From positions 930,001 through 962,000 of the forward strand of contig NC_014033.1 in assembly GCF_000025925.1 (NCBI RefSeq): 32,000 nucleotides of DNA, read 5' to 3'. How positions within the stretch are numbered: position 1 is the first letter of the stretch; each line of letters begins with the position of its first letter. Below are positions 25,286 to 32,000 of the stretch, piece by piece. The translations under genes and the position numbers were made by a program. A model generated the notes under the pieces. It searched no databases. It saw only the letters and a list, made by a program, of their open reading frames with translations, and was not told where the DNA came from. Source of the DNA: Xylanibacter ruminicola 23 (GTDB taxonomy: Bacteria; Bacteroidota; Bacteroidia; Bacteroidales; Bacteroidaceae).

Positions 25286-26476
25286 TCAGCACCATTCTTT
25301 TAGGGTGCTGATGACGTTGAGGATGTGATCGCGGTGGGGGATGACGCGCTCGTTGAAGAGCTGCTGGCACTGCTGGATAACAGCCTCGGGGAAGGAGTCG
25401 CTGAGGGCAAGCCAACTGTAGTTGCGGACGTTTGCCACAGCGGCTATCTGCTGCTTGCGAAGGGCAATGATGTCAGCAGACTGGCCCTCGAAATAATAGT
25501 CGATAGTCAGATCGAACAACTGTTCGCCTAACTTGCGTGGCATGCCGATGACGGCCTCGTAATCGCCAACAAACAGAATCAGCGACGAATAGGCGTGTGC
25601 CAGGTCGAGCACAGGATGGCCGTAGCCTACTTCGCCCATATCGATGAGCATAAGTTCGTCGCCCTGTACCATGGCATTCTTGGCCTGCAGGTCGAGATGC
25701 AGCAAGCGATTGCCAGCGGGAACGGCGTCGAGAATCTGGAGTAACAGGTCGATGTTTTCTTGTGAAAAATACCGACGGATATGTAAAACTTGTTTGCGTT
25801 CGTGCTCGAGGGCATTGGGCACACAGCTATCGGCTGGCATCTGGATGGCGTGCAGTTGGCGGAACAGGTTGGCATACATGCGGGCATACTCGTGGATACG
25901 CTCGGGATGGTGCATAATGAGCGAACTGAGGGTGTCGGCATGGAGCAGCTCGTAAACCAGACCGTACTGCGCGCCCACCTTGACAATATCGAACGAAATG
26001 GCGGTAGGCATACCCATCACAAAGGCCTCTTTCGACATGGTAATCTCGTTGCGCACCTCGTCGATGGTGGTGCCATCGCGGAACACCTTGATGATGGTGT
26101 CGTCGTTGTAACGATAAACGGTGCCTACACCGCCCACACCGAGGATCTCACAACCCTCGATACTCATCTGGCGCAGGGCGCGTTCTACGCACATTATCTT
26201 TACAAAACCAGTCATGTTAAGCACGTCGTAAACGTCGGCATTAACCTCAACGAGTTTGAAATTCTTATATTGTTTGGTTAGCGAAAGCAGGATGCGCAAG
26301 CCCGAACTCGACACGTATTCGAGCTCTGCGGCATTAACTGTAACACTAAGGATGGGGCTTTGGGCTGATAAAAACTGATTGATTTCGGCTTGTGTCTGCA
26401 TGGCACTCGAGGTGTCGAGTCGTTCACAAAGTGTAATGATGGCGTGACCTTCGTTATTGGTAAATTGTAGCGTCAT
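25286..26476 (-). CDS. STAS domain fused to an APH/ChoK-type (eukaryotic-like fold) kinase domain
   Basis: Start trimmed to the ATG at 26476 (MTLQFTNNEGHAII), which lies 28 nt downstream of a -7 box. The N-terminal ~110 aa is STAS-like with a VSSSGLRILL motif. The C-terminal domain has a G-rich loop (GVGGVGTVY), a catalytic loop (HLDLQAKN) and IDMGE. Confidence 0.8.
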   Translation of the reverse strand: MTLQFTNNEGHAIITLCERLDTSSAMQTQAEINQFLSAQSPILSVTVNAAELEYVSSSGLRILLSLTKQYKNFKLVEVNADVYDVLNMTGFVKIMCVERALRQMSIEGCEILGVGGVGTVYRYNDDTIIKVFRDGTTIDEVRNEITMSKEAFVMGMPTAISFDIVKVGAQYGLVYELLHADTLSSLIMHHPERIHEYARMYANLFRQLHAIQMPADSCVPNALEHERKQVLHIRRYFSQENIDLLLQILDAVPAGNRLLHLDLQAKNAMVQGDELMLIDMGEVGYGHPVLDLAHAYSSLILFVGDYEAVIGMPRKLGEQLFDLTIDYYFEGQSADIIALRKQQIAAVANVRNYSWLALSDSFPEAVIQQCQQLFNERVIPHRDHILNVISTLKEWC

Positions 26477-26504
26477 ATTGCTTGTGTTTTTAGTTATCAC
26501 TTTG

Positions 26505-26512
26505 CAAAGATA
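26505..26512 (-). promoter_or_regulatory. -7 promoter box (TATCTTTG on the minus strand) for the STAS-kinase gene
   Basis: TAnnTTTG match 28 nt upstream of the minus-strand ATG at 26476. Confidence 0.55.
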
Positions 26513-26555
26513 GAAAAAAAAGTATAAACATCCAAGCATTTTCGAAAAAAGTGAG

Positions 26556-26563
26556 TACCTTTG
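26556..26563 (+). promoter_or_regulatory. -7 promoter box (TACCTTTG) for the FAD oxidoreductase gene
   Basis: Exact TAnnTTTG match 19 nt upstream of the ATG at 26583. Confidence 0.55.
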
Positions 26564-26582
26564 CACCCAAATACATTATATA

Positions 26583-28202
26583 ATGATTAACGAATATCAG
26601 ATTAGAGTAAAGCCGGAGGTAGCGGCGCAGGAGGATAGACTGAAAGCGTATCTGGGCGATGAGTATGGACTGAACCCAGGCGATATTAAGGGTGTACGCA
26701 TACTGAAACGCAGCATTGATGCGCGCCAGCGACAGATATACGTGAACCTGAAGGTGCGCACATATGTGAACGAACTGCCTACCGACGACGAATACCAGCA
26801 CACGGAATATCCAAACGTTGAGGGTAAGCCACAGGTAATAGTGGTTGGAGCAGGTCCTGGAGGACTGTTTGCTGCCCTGCGCCTGATAGAGTTGGGTTTG
26901 CGCCCGATTGTATTGGAGCGCGGTAAGAACGTGCACGACCGTAAGAAGGATTTGGCCAACATCAGCCGCACGCAGCAGGTTGACGGTGAGAGTAACTACT
27001 GCTTTGGTGAGGGTGGCGCCGGTGCCTATAGCGACGGTAAACTGTACACACGCAGCAAAAAGCGTGGTAATATCGAGAAAATTCTGAATGTGTTCTGTCA
27101 GCATGGTGCCTCGACGGCTATCCTGGCCGATGCGCATCCGCATATTGGTACCGACCGCTTGCCAAAGGTGATTGAGGCGATGCGAAATACCATCATTAAC
27201 TGCGGTGGCGAAGTGCACTTTCAGACCAAGATGACGCGACTGATTCTAGGTGACGACAATCAGGTGATAGGTGTTGAAGCTATTAGCCAACACCCAACAC
27301 CCAACACCCAACACCAATACAACGGTCCTGTCATACTTGCTACGGGACACTCGGCACGTGATGTTTACCGCTATCTGGCTGAAGCTAAGATTGAGATTGA
27401 GGCCAAGGGTATTGCGGTAGGCGTGCGACTGGAGCACCCCAGTCAGCTGATTGACCAGATACAGTATCATAATAAACAAGGTAGGGGCCGATGGTTGCCT
27501 GCTGCCGAGTACTCGATGGTGACACAGGTGGATGGGCGAGGTGTTTACTCGTTCTGCATGTGTCCCGGTGGATTCGTGATTCCTGCGGCTACCGATAAGG
27601 AGCAGATTGTGGTGAACGGTATGAGTCCTGCCAACCGAGGAACAGCCTGGAGTAACTCTGGTATGGTAGTGGAAGTGCGTCCGGAAGATCTGGAAAATGT
27701 AAAAATGGAAGAATTTAACAATGTAAAAATTGAAAATAAGGCATTACAGGTGATGGCGTTTCAGGAGCAGCTGGAGAAGATGTGCTGGCAGCAGGGCAAT
27801 ATGAAGCAGACGGCACCGGCACAGCGTATGGCCGACTTTGTGAACGGCAAGCTGAGCTACGATCTGCCAAAATCGTCGTACGCGCCAGGATTGATATCGA
27901 GTCCGCTGCACTTCTGGTTGCCTAAGATGATTTCGCACCGACTGCAGCAGGGCTTTAAGGCATTCGGAAAGAGTGCGCACGGATTCCTGACCAACGAGGC
28001 GGTGATGATTGCTGTTGAGACACGTACATCGAGTCCGGTGCGAATTGTTCGCGATAAGGAAACGCTGCAACATGTTCAGATTCAGGGACTTTTCCCATGT
28101 GGCGAAGGTGCCGGTTATGCAGGCGGTATTGTGAGCGCCGGTGTGGATGGCGAGCGCTGCGCCGAAGCTGCTGCTCAATATATTTCTAGCAACGGACAAT
28201 AG
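26583..28202 (+). CDS. NAD(P)/FAD-dependent oxidoreductase (COG2509-like uncharacterised FAD dehydrogenase)
   Basis: Rossmann dinucleotide motif VVGAGPGGLFAALRL, plus ILATGHSARD and CGEGAGYAGGIVSA motifs. 539 aa. Confidence 0.85.
   Translation: MINEYQIRVKPEVAAQEDRLKAYLGDEYGLNPGDIKGVRILKRSIDARQRQIYVNLKVRTYVNELPTDDEYQHTEYPNVEGKPQVIVVGAGPGGLFAALRLIELGLRPIVLERGKNVHDRKKDLANISRTQQVDGESNYCFGEGGAGAYSDGKLYTRSKKRGNIEKILNVFCQHGASTAILADAHPHIGTDRLPKVIEAMRNTIINCGGEVHFQTKMTRLILGDDNQVIGVEAISQHPTPNTQHQYNGPVILATGHSARDVYRYLAEAKIEIEAKGIAVGVRLEHPSQLIDQIQYHNKQGRGRWLPAAEYSMVTQVDGRGVYSFCMCPGGFVIPAATDKEQIVVNGMSPANRGTAWSNSGMVVEVRPEDLENVKMEEFNNVKIENKALQVMAFQEQLEKMCWQQGNMKQTAPAQRMADFVNGKLSYDLPKSSYAPGLISSPLHFWLPKMISHRLQQGFKAFGKSAHGFLTNEAVMIAVETRTSSPVRIVRDKETLQHVQIQGLFPCGEGAGYAGGIVSAGVDGERCAEAAAQYISSNGQ
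27287..27314. repeat. Heptanucleotide tandem repeat (CCAACAC x 4) inside the CDS
   Basis: Four exact consecutive copies, encoding part of SQHPTPNTQHQ. Confidence 0.95.
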
Positions 28203-28270
28203 GACTGAAGGAGATGATTGAGGGAAAACATCCTTAAGTCGTGTAATCCGTTGCAAAAAAAACGTAAAAA

Positions 28271-28297
28271 GGTTTGGAACTTCCAAATCTTTTTTTT
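28271..28297 (+). terminator. Rho-independent terminator after the FAD oxidoreductase gene
   Basis: 7-bp stem GGTTTGG / CCAAATC with a 5-nt loop, followed by T-rich CTTTTTTTT. Confidence 0.7.
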
Positions 28298-28304
28298 ATA
28301 TTTG
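28297..28304 (+). promoter_or_regulatory. -7 promoter box (TATATTTG)
   Basis: TAnnTTTG match 46 nt upstream of the ATG at 28351. Confidence 0.5.
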
Positions 28305-28350
28305 CAGCATAAAATAAGAATGAATCTATTAACTAAAAATTTGGAACGAT

Positions 28351-28971
28351 ATGAATAAGGATGAGAAATTTGTGATTACGATCAGTCGCCAGTTTGGTAC
28401 CGGCGGACACGAGATCGGAGCTGAGATTGCCCGTAGGTTAGGTGTTAAGCTGCTCGATAAGCAGATTTTGAACGAGGTGGCTAAACGCATACCTGTAGTA
28501 GAGGATGCCATGGAAAAGATTGAGGCACGCAATCCCTTGTGGCGCGACGATTTTACCAATTTTTATCGCAACTACATGGCTAAGGCCGAGTACGACGGAG
28601 CTGAGCAGGATCAGACCAGTCATGAGCTGTTTGATGCCCAGTGCGCCGCCATTAAGCAGATAGCCCAGAAAGAGAGTTGTGTGATTGTGGGTCGCTGCGG
28701 ATTCTACATCTTCAAGGATCACCCCAATGCACTCAAGATTTTTGTGCACAGCTCGGAGGATTGTCGTAAGCGCCGCATAGCCGAAAAATACGGACTTGAC
28801 CTGCGCGATGCTGCCGCCATGGTGGTGGATAACGACTATAGTCGTGAGTTATATACTAAGACATATACAGGCTGCGAATGGTTCGACGCGCGCAACTACG
28901 ACATCAGCCTGGATGTGCGAAAATTCGGTATAAACGGCGCTGTAGATTTTTTAATGAAGTGTATTGAGTAG
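28351..28971 (+). CDS. Cytidylate kinase-like family protein
   Basis: ITISRQFGTGGHEIG N-terminal motif and about 200 aa length, typical of the cytidylate-kinase-like (Cytidylate_kin2) family. From memory. Confidence 0.75.
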   Translation: MNKDEKFVITISRQFGTGGHEIGAEIARRLGVKLLDKQILNEVAKRIPVVEDAMEKIEARNPLWRDDFTNFYRNYMAKAEYDGAEQDQTSHELFDAQCAAIKQIAQKESCVIVGRCGFYIFKDHPNALKIFVHSSEDCRKRRIAEKYGLDLRDAAAMVVDNDYSRELYTKTYTGCEWFDARNYDISLDVRKFGINGAVDFLMKCIE

Positions 28972-29010
28972 ATTTTGCAGGAAAAATTTGTGTAAATACC
29001 AATTTTTTAC

Positions 29011-29018
29011 TACCTTTG
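29011..29018 (+). promoter_or_regulatory. -7 promoter box (TACCTTTG) for pheT
   Basis: Exact TAnnTTTG match 44 nt upstream of the ATG at 29063. Confidence 0.55.
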
Positions 29019-29062
29019 CACCTTGAAATTTCGAAGATAGTAATTACTAAAGAATTGGTATA

Positions 29063-31525
29063 ATGAATATTTCCTACAAATGGTTGAAGGAATACGTTGA
29101 TTTCGACCTGACTGCACAGCAGGTGGCCGATGCTCTGACATCGACAGGTTTGGAAGTCGACGCATTGGAAGAAGTACAGAGTATTAAAGGCGGTCTGAAG
29201 GGCCTGTACGTGGGTAAGGTGCTTACCTGCGAGGCTCATCCTAACTCAGACCATCTGCATGTAACAACGGTTGACCTGGGCAAGGGTGAGCCATCGCAGA
29301 TTGTGTGCGGTGCGCCTAACGTAGCCGCTGGTCAGAAGGTGATTGTGGCCGATTTGGGCTGCGTGCTTTACGATGGCGACAAGGAGTTTGTGATTAAGAA
29401 GAGCAAGCTGCGCGGCGTAGAGAGCAACGGTATGATCTGTGCCGAGGACGAGATTGGCGTAGGTACCAGTCACGACGGTATTATCGTATTGCCCGAGGAT
29501 GCTGTAGTGGGCACACCTGCTGCAGAGTACTACAACCTGGAGAGCGACTGGCTGATTGAGGTTGATATCACCGCCAACCGCGCTGATGGACTGAGCCACT
29601 GGGGTGTGGCACGCGACTTGTATGCCTGGCTGAAGAGCAATGGCTACGAGACCAAGATGCACCGTCCCGACTGCTCGAAGTTTACTGTTGACAATCACGA
29701 CCTGCCCATCGAGGTAAAAATTGAGAACACTGAGGCCTGCAAGCGCTATGCCTGCGTAAGCATCAGCGACTGTGAGGTAAAGGAGAGCCCCGACTGGCTG
29801 AAGAACAAGCTGAACACCATCGGACTGCGCCCCATCAACAATATCGTGGATATCACCAACTACGTGATGATGGCTTACGGACAGCCTCTGCACACCTTTG
29901 ATGCCGACATGGTAAAGGGTCATCAGATAGTAGTAAAGACCATGCCCGAGGGCACTCCATTCCAGACACTGGATGGCGAGGAGCACAAGCTGAGCGACCG
30001 CGATCTGGCTATCTGCAATGCCGAGGACCCCATGTGTATTGCCGGTGTATTCGGCGGTAAGGGTAGCGGTACTTACGAGACCACCAAGAACGTAGTGCTT
30101 GAGAGTGCCTACTTCCACCCAACATGGATCCGTAAGAGCGCACGCCGCCACGGACTGAGCACCGATGCCAGCTTCCGTTTTGAGCGTGGTGTTGATCCCA
30201 ATGGTACCATCTACGCCCTGCAGCAGGCTGCTATCCTGTGTAAGGAGCTGGCTGGCGGTAAGGTGAGCATGGAGATTGTGGACGTATATCCCGAGAAGAT
30301 GGAGAACGCCGTAGTAGATCTCTCATATCAGTATGTTCACGGCCTGGTTGGTAAGGAGATTCCTACCGATAAGATCAAGGCTATCTGTGAGAGTCTGGAG
30401 ATGAAGGTGCTCGAGGAGACTGCCGAGGGCCTGAAGCTGGAGATTCCTGCTTACCGTGTGGACGTTACCCGTCCTTGCGATGTAGTAGAGGATATCCTGC
30501 GTATCTACGGATATAATAATGTAGAGATTCCAACCCAGCTGAAGGGAAGCCTCGTGATTAAGGGCGATGAGGACCAGAAGCATAAGCTGGCTAACATCGT
30601 AAGCGAGCAGCTGGTAGGCGAGGGATTCAACGAAATCCTGAACAACTCGCTCACCAAGGGTGCTTACTACGAGGGGCATAATGCCTACGCTGCCGAGAAC
30701 TGCGTAAAGATTATGAATCCACTGAGTACCGACCTGAACGTGATGCGCCAGACACTGCTGTTCGGTGGACTTGAGAGCGTACAGCACAATGTGAACCGCA
30801 AGCGTGCTAACCTGCGTTTCTTCGAGTTCGGTAACGTATATACATTTGATCCCGAGAAGGCTAACCTCGACGATCCTATGCAGGCTTACAAGGAGCAGTA
30901 TCATGCTGCACTGTGGATTACAGGTAAGCGCGTAGAGGGCAGCTGGGCTCACGCTAACGAGGAGAGCAGCTTCTACGAGTTGAGCGCCTACGTTGAGAAT
31001 ATTCTGCGCCGTATCGGTGTTAAGCCCGGTATGATTGTTCGCAAGAAGAGCGAGAACGATATCTTCTCTGCCGGTCTCACCATCGAGAACCGTGGTGGTA
31101 AGAAGCTCATCGAGATGGGTATCATTACCAAGAAGCTGCTGAAGCAGTTCGGACTGGATGCACCTGTATTCTATGCCGAGCTGAACTGGACCGCGCTGAT
31201 GAAGGTGATTAAGAAGAACGAGGTACTTTACACTGAGGTGCCCAAGTTCCCAGCCGTTAGTCGCGACCTGGCCCTGTTGGTTGACAACAGCGTAGAGTTT
31301 GCCCAGATTGAGCAGATTGCCCGCGCAACAGAGAAGAAGCTGCTGAAGAAGGTTGAGTTGTTTGACGTTTACGAGGGCGACAAGCTGCCTGCTGGCAAGA
31401 AGAGCTACGCCGTGAACTTTATCCTTCAGGATGAGGAGAAGACCATGGGCGACAAACAGATCGAGGCCATCATGAACAAGCTCATCGCACAGCTGAAAAA
31501 GCAGCTGAATGCAGAACTGCGCTAA
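29063..31525 (+). CDS. pheT: Phenylalanine--tRNA ligase beta subunit
   Basis: MNISYKWLKEY N-terminus with an OB tRNA-binding domain (HPNSDHLHV...CGAPN). B3/4 and B5 domains and a C-terminal FDX-ACB domain. 820 aa. Confidence 0.95.
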   Translation: MNISYKWLKEYVDFDLTAQQVADALTSTGLEVDALEEVQSIKGGLKGLYVGKVLTCEAHPNSDHLHVTTVDLGKGEPSQIVCGAPNVAAGQKVIVADLGCVLYDGDKEFVIKKSKLRGVESNGMICAEDEIGVGTSHDGIIVLPEDAVVGTPAAEYYNLESDWLIEVDITANRADGLSHWGVARDLYAWLKSNGYETKMHRPDCSKFTVDNHDLPIEVKIENTEACKRYACVSISDCEVKESPDWLKNKLNTIGLRPINNIVDITNYVMMAYGQPLHTFDADMVKGHQIVVKTMPEGTPFQTLDGEEHKLSDRDLAICNAEDPMCIAGVFGGKGSGTYETTKNVVLESAYFHPTWIRKSARRHGLSTDASFRFERGVDPNGTIYALQQAAILCKELAGGKVSMEIVDVYPEKMENAVVDLSYQYVHGLVGKEIPTDKIKAICESLEMKVLEETAEGLKLEIPAYRVDVTRPCDVVEDILRIYGYNNVEIPTQLKGSLVIKGDEDQKHKLANIVSEQLVGEGFNEILNNSLTKGAYYEGHNAYAAENCVKIMNPLSTDLNVMRQTLLFGGLESVQHNVNRKRANLRFFEFGNVYTFDPEKANLDDPMQAYKEQYHAALWITGKRVEGSWAHANEESSFYELSAYVENILRRIGVKPGMIVRKKSENDIFSAGLTIENRGGKKLIEMGIITKKLLKQFGLDAPVFYAELNWTALMKVIKKNEVLYTEVPKFPAVSRDLALLVDNSVEFAQIEQIARATEKKLLKKVELFDVYEGDKLPAGKKSYAVNFILQDEEKTMGDKQIEAIMNKLIAQLKKQLNAELR

Positions 31526-31558
31526 TTTGACTATTTGACCATTTACTATTTGACTATT
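31524..31558. repeat. Left imperfect inverted repeat flanking the four-helix-bundle gene
   Basis: AATTTGACTATTTGACCATTTACTATTTGACTATT matches about 80% of the reverse complement of 31923-31958, by hand alignment with one indel. Confidence 0.6.
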
Positions 31559-31561
31559 GGT

Positions 31562-31927
31562 ATGACAGAGCTCGAGTTGAAAGAAAGATTCAAGAAATTC
31601 TCGATAAGGATTATCAAAATGGTCGATAGTATGCCCGATACAATTTCAGGAAGGGCAATTGGTTCGCAAGTGGTCAGATCAGGCACTTCGCCTGCAGCAA
31701 ATTATCGTGCTGCATGTTTGGGAAAGTCTGAGAAAGACTTCCTGAATAAGTTGAAGATGGTTGAGGAAGAACTTGACGAGACGAGTCATTGGTTAGAGGT
31801 GATCATGGAAACTGGAATGCTACCAGAGAATAGGGTGAAACCTCTATATACAGAATGCCTGGAACTGCTTAAGATAATTATCAGTTCAATTGTGAGTACT
31901 CGCAAGCATCTTGATTGTATTAAATAG
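31562..31927 (+). CDS. Four-helix-bundle protein (23S rRNA intervening-sequence-protein family)
   Basis: Start trimmed to the ATG at 31562 (MTELELKERFKKFSIRIIKM). The Q..RSGTS..ANYRAA and EE.DET.HWL patterns are typical of this family (TIGR02436, from memory). Low GC3. Confidence 0.8.
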   Translation: MTELELKERFKKFSIRIIKMVDSMPDTISGRAIGSQVVRSGTSPAANYRAACLGKSEKDFLNKLKMVEEELDETSHWLEVIMETGMLPENRVKPLYTECLELLKIIISSIVSTRKHLDCIK

Positions 31928-31958
31928 TAAAATTGTGAAATAGTAAAATAGTAAAATT
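31923..31958. repeat. Right imperfect inverted repeat flanking the four-helix-bundle gene
   Basis: AATAGTAAAATTGTGAAATAGTAAAATAGTAAAATT. Its reverse complement aligns to 31524-31558. Confidence 0.6.
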
Positions 31959-31963
31959 AAACA

Positions 31964-32000
31964 ATGGGAAGAGCATTTGAATATCGTAAAGCTACAAAGC
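31964..32000 (+). CDS. YebC/PmpR-family transcriptional regulator (5' fragment, runs off the window)
   Basis: MGRAFEYRKATK is the characteristic N-terminus of YebC-family proteins. Only 12 codons are visible. Confidence 0.6.
   Translation, partial: MGRAFEYRKATK

Noticed and set aside
25286-25311. Hairpin TCAGCACC / GGTGCTGA between the convergent M15 and STAS-kinase genes, considered as a bidirectional terminator.
   Set aside because: The whole stem lies within the last codons of the STAS-kinase gene and no U-run follows on either strand. It may help termination, but the evidence is too weak to annotate.

Overview
This looks like a chromosomal segment from a Bacteroidales (Prevotella/Bacteroides-like) genome. 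The taxon call is an inference from three things: TAnnTTTG -7 promoter boxes in front of most transcription units, no Shine-Dalgarno sequences, and an rseC-rnfBCDGEA operon. About 85% of the window is tightly packed housekeeping genes with strong GC3 codon bias: MBL-fold hydrolase, DUF4375-like, smpB, metH, a GHL10-like secreted protein, two small hypotheticals, the Rnf complex, a DUF2027-like protein, nadE, clpC, gyrA, a TPR protein, a STAS-kinase fusion, a FAD oxidoreductase, a cytidylate-kinase-like protein, pheT, a four-helix-bundle protein and the start of yebC. I recognised no rRNA, tRNA, CRISPR array, transposase or recombinase. The one clearly non-ordinary stretch is about 22.5-25.3 kb. 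It holds a small YbjN-like hypothetical and a GC-rich 120-nt non-coding block. Next comes a 33-codon membrane-peptide ORF that is too short for the ORF track ('smalltalk'-like), preceded by a 14-nt tandem repeat. Upstream of that is a Bacteroidales-type HU-like gene with a repeat-encoded Gly/Asn/Ser tail. An 800-bp AT-rich intergenic region then carries three perfect copies of a 26-28 bp repeat in alternating orientation, plus a perfect 30-bp AT palindrome. Finally there is a divergent, signal-peptide-less M15 (LAS) peptidoglycan peptidase gene. I read this as a candidate invertible (phase-variable) switch or MITE nest controlling an uncharacterised HU / small peptide / cell-wall hydrolase cassette. 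Secondary observations are short in-frame tandem repeats inside metH and the FAD oxidoreductase, a long hairpin inside the rnf operon, a STAS domain fused to an APH-type kinase, and a four-helix-bundle gene flanked by imperfect inverted repeats. All family assignments come from motif recognition and memory; no database search was possible.
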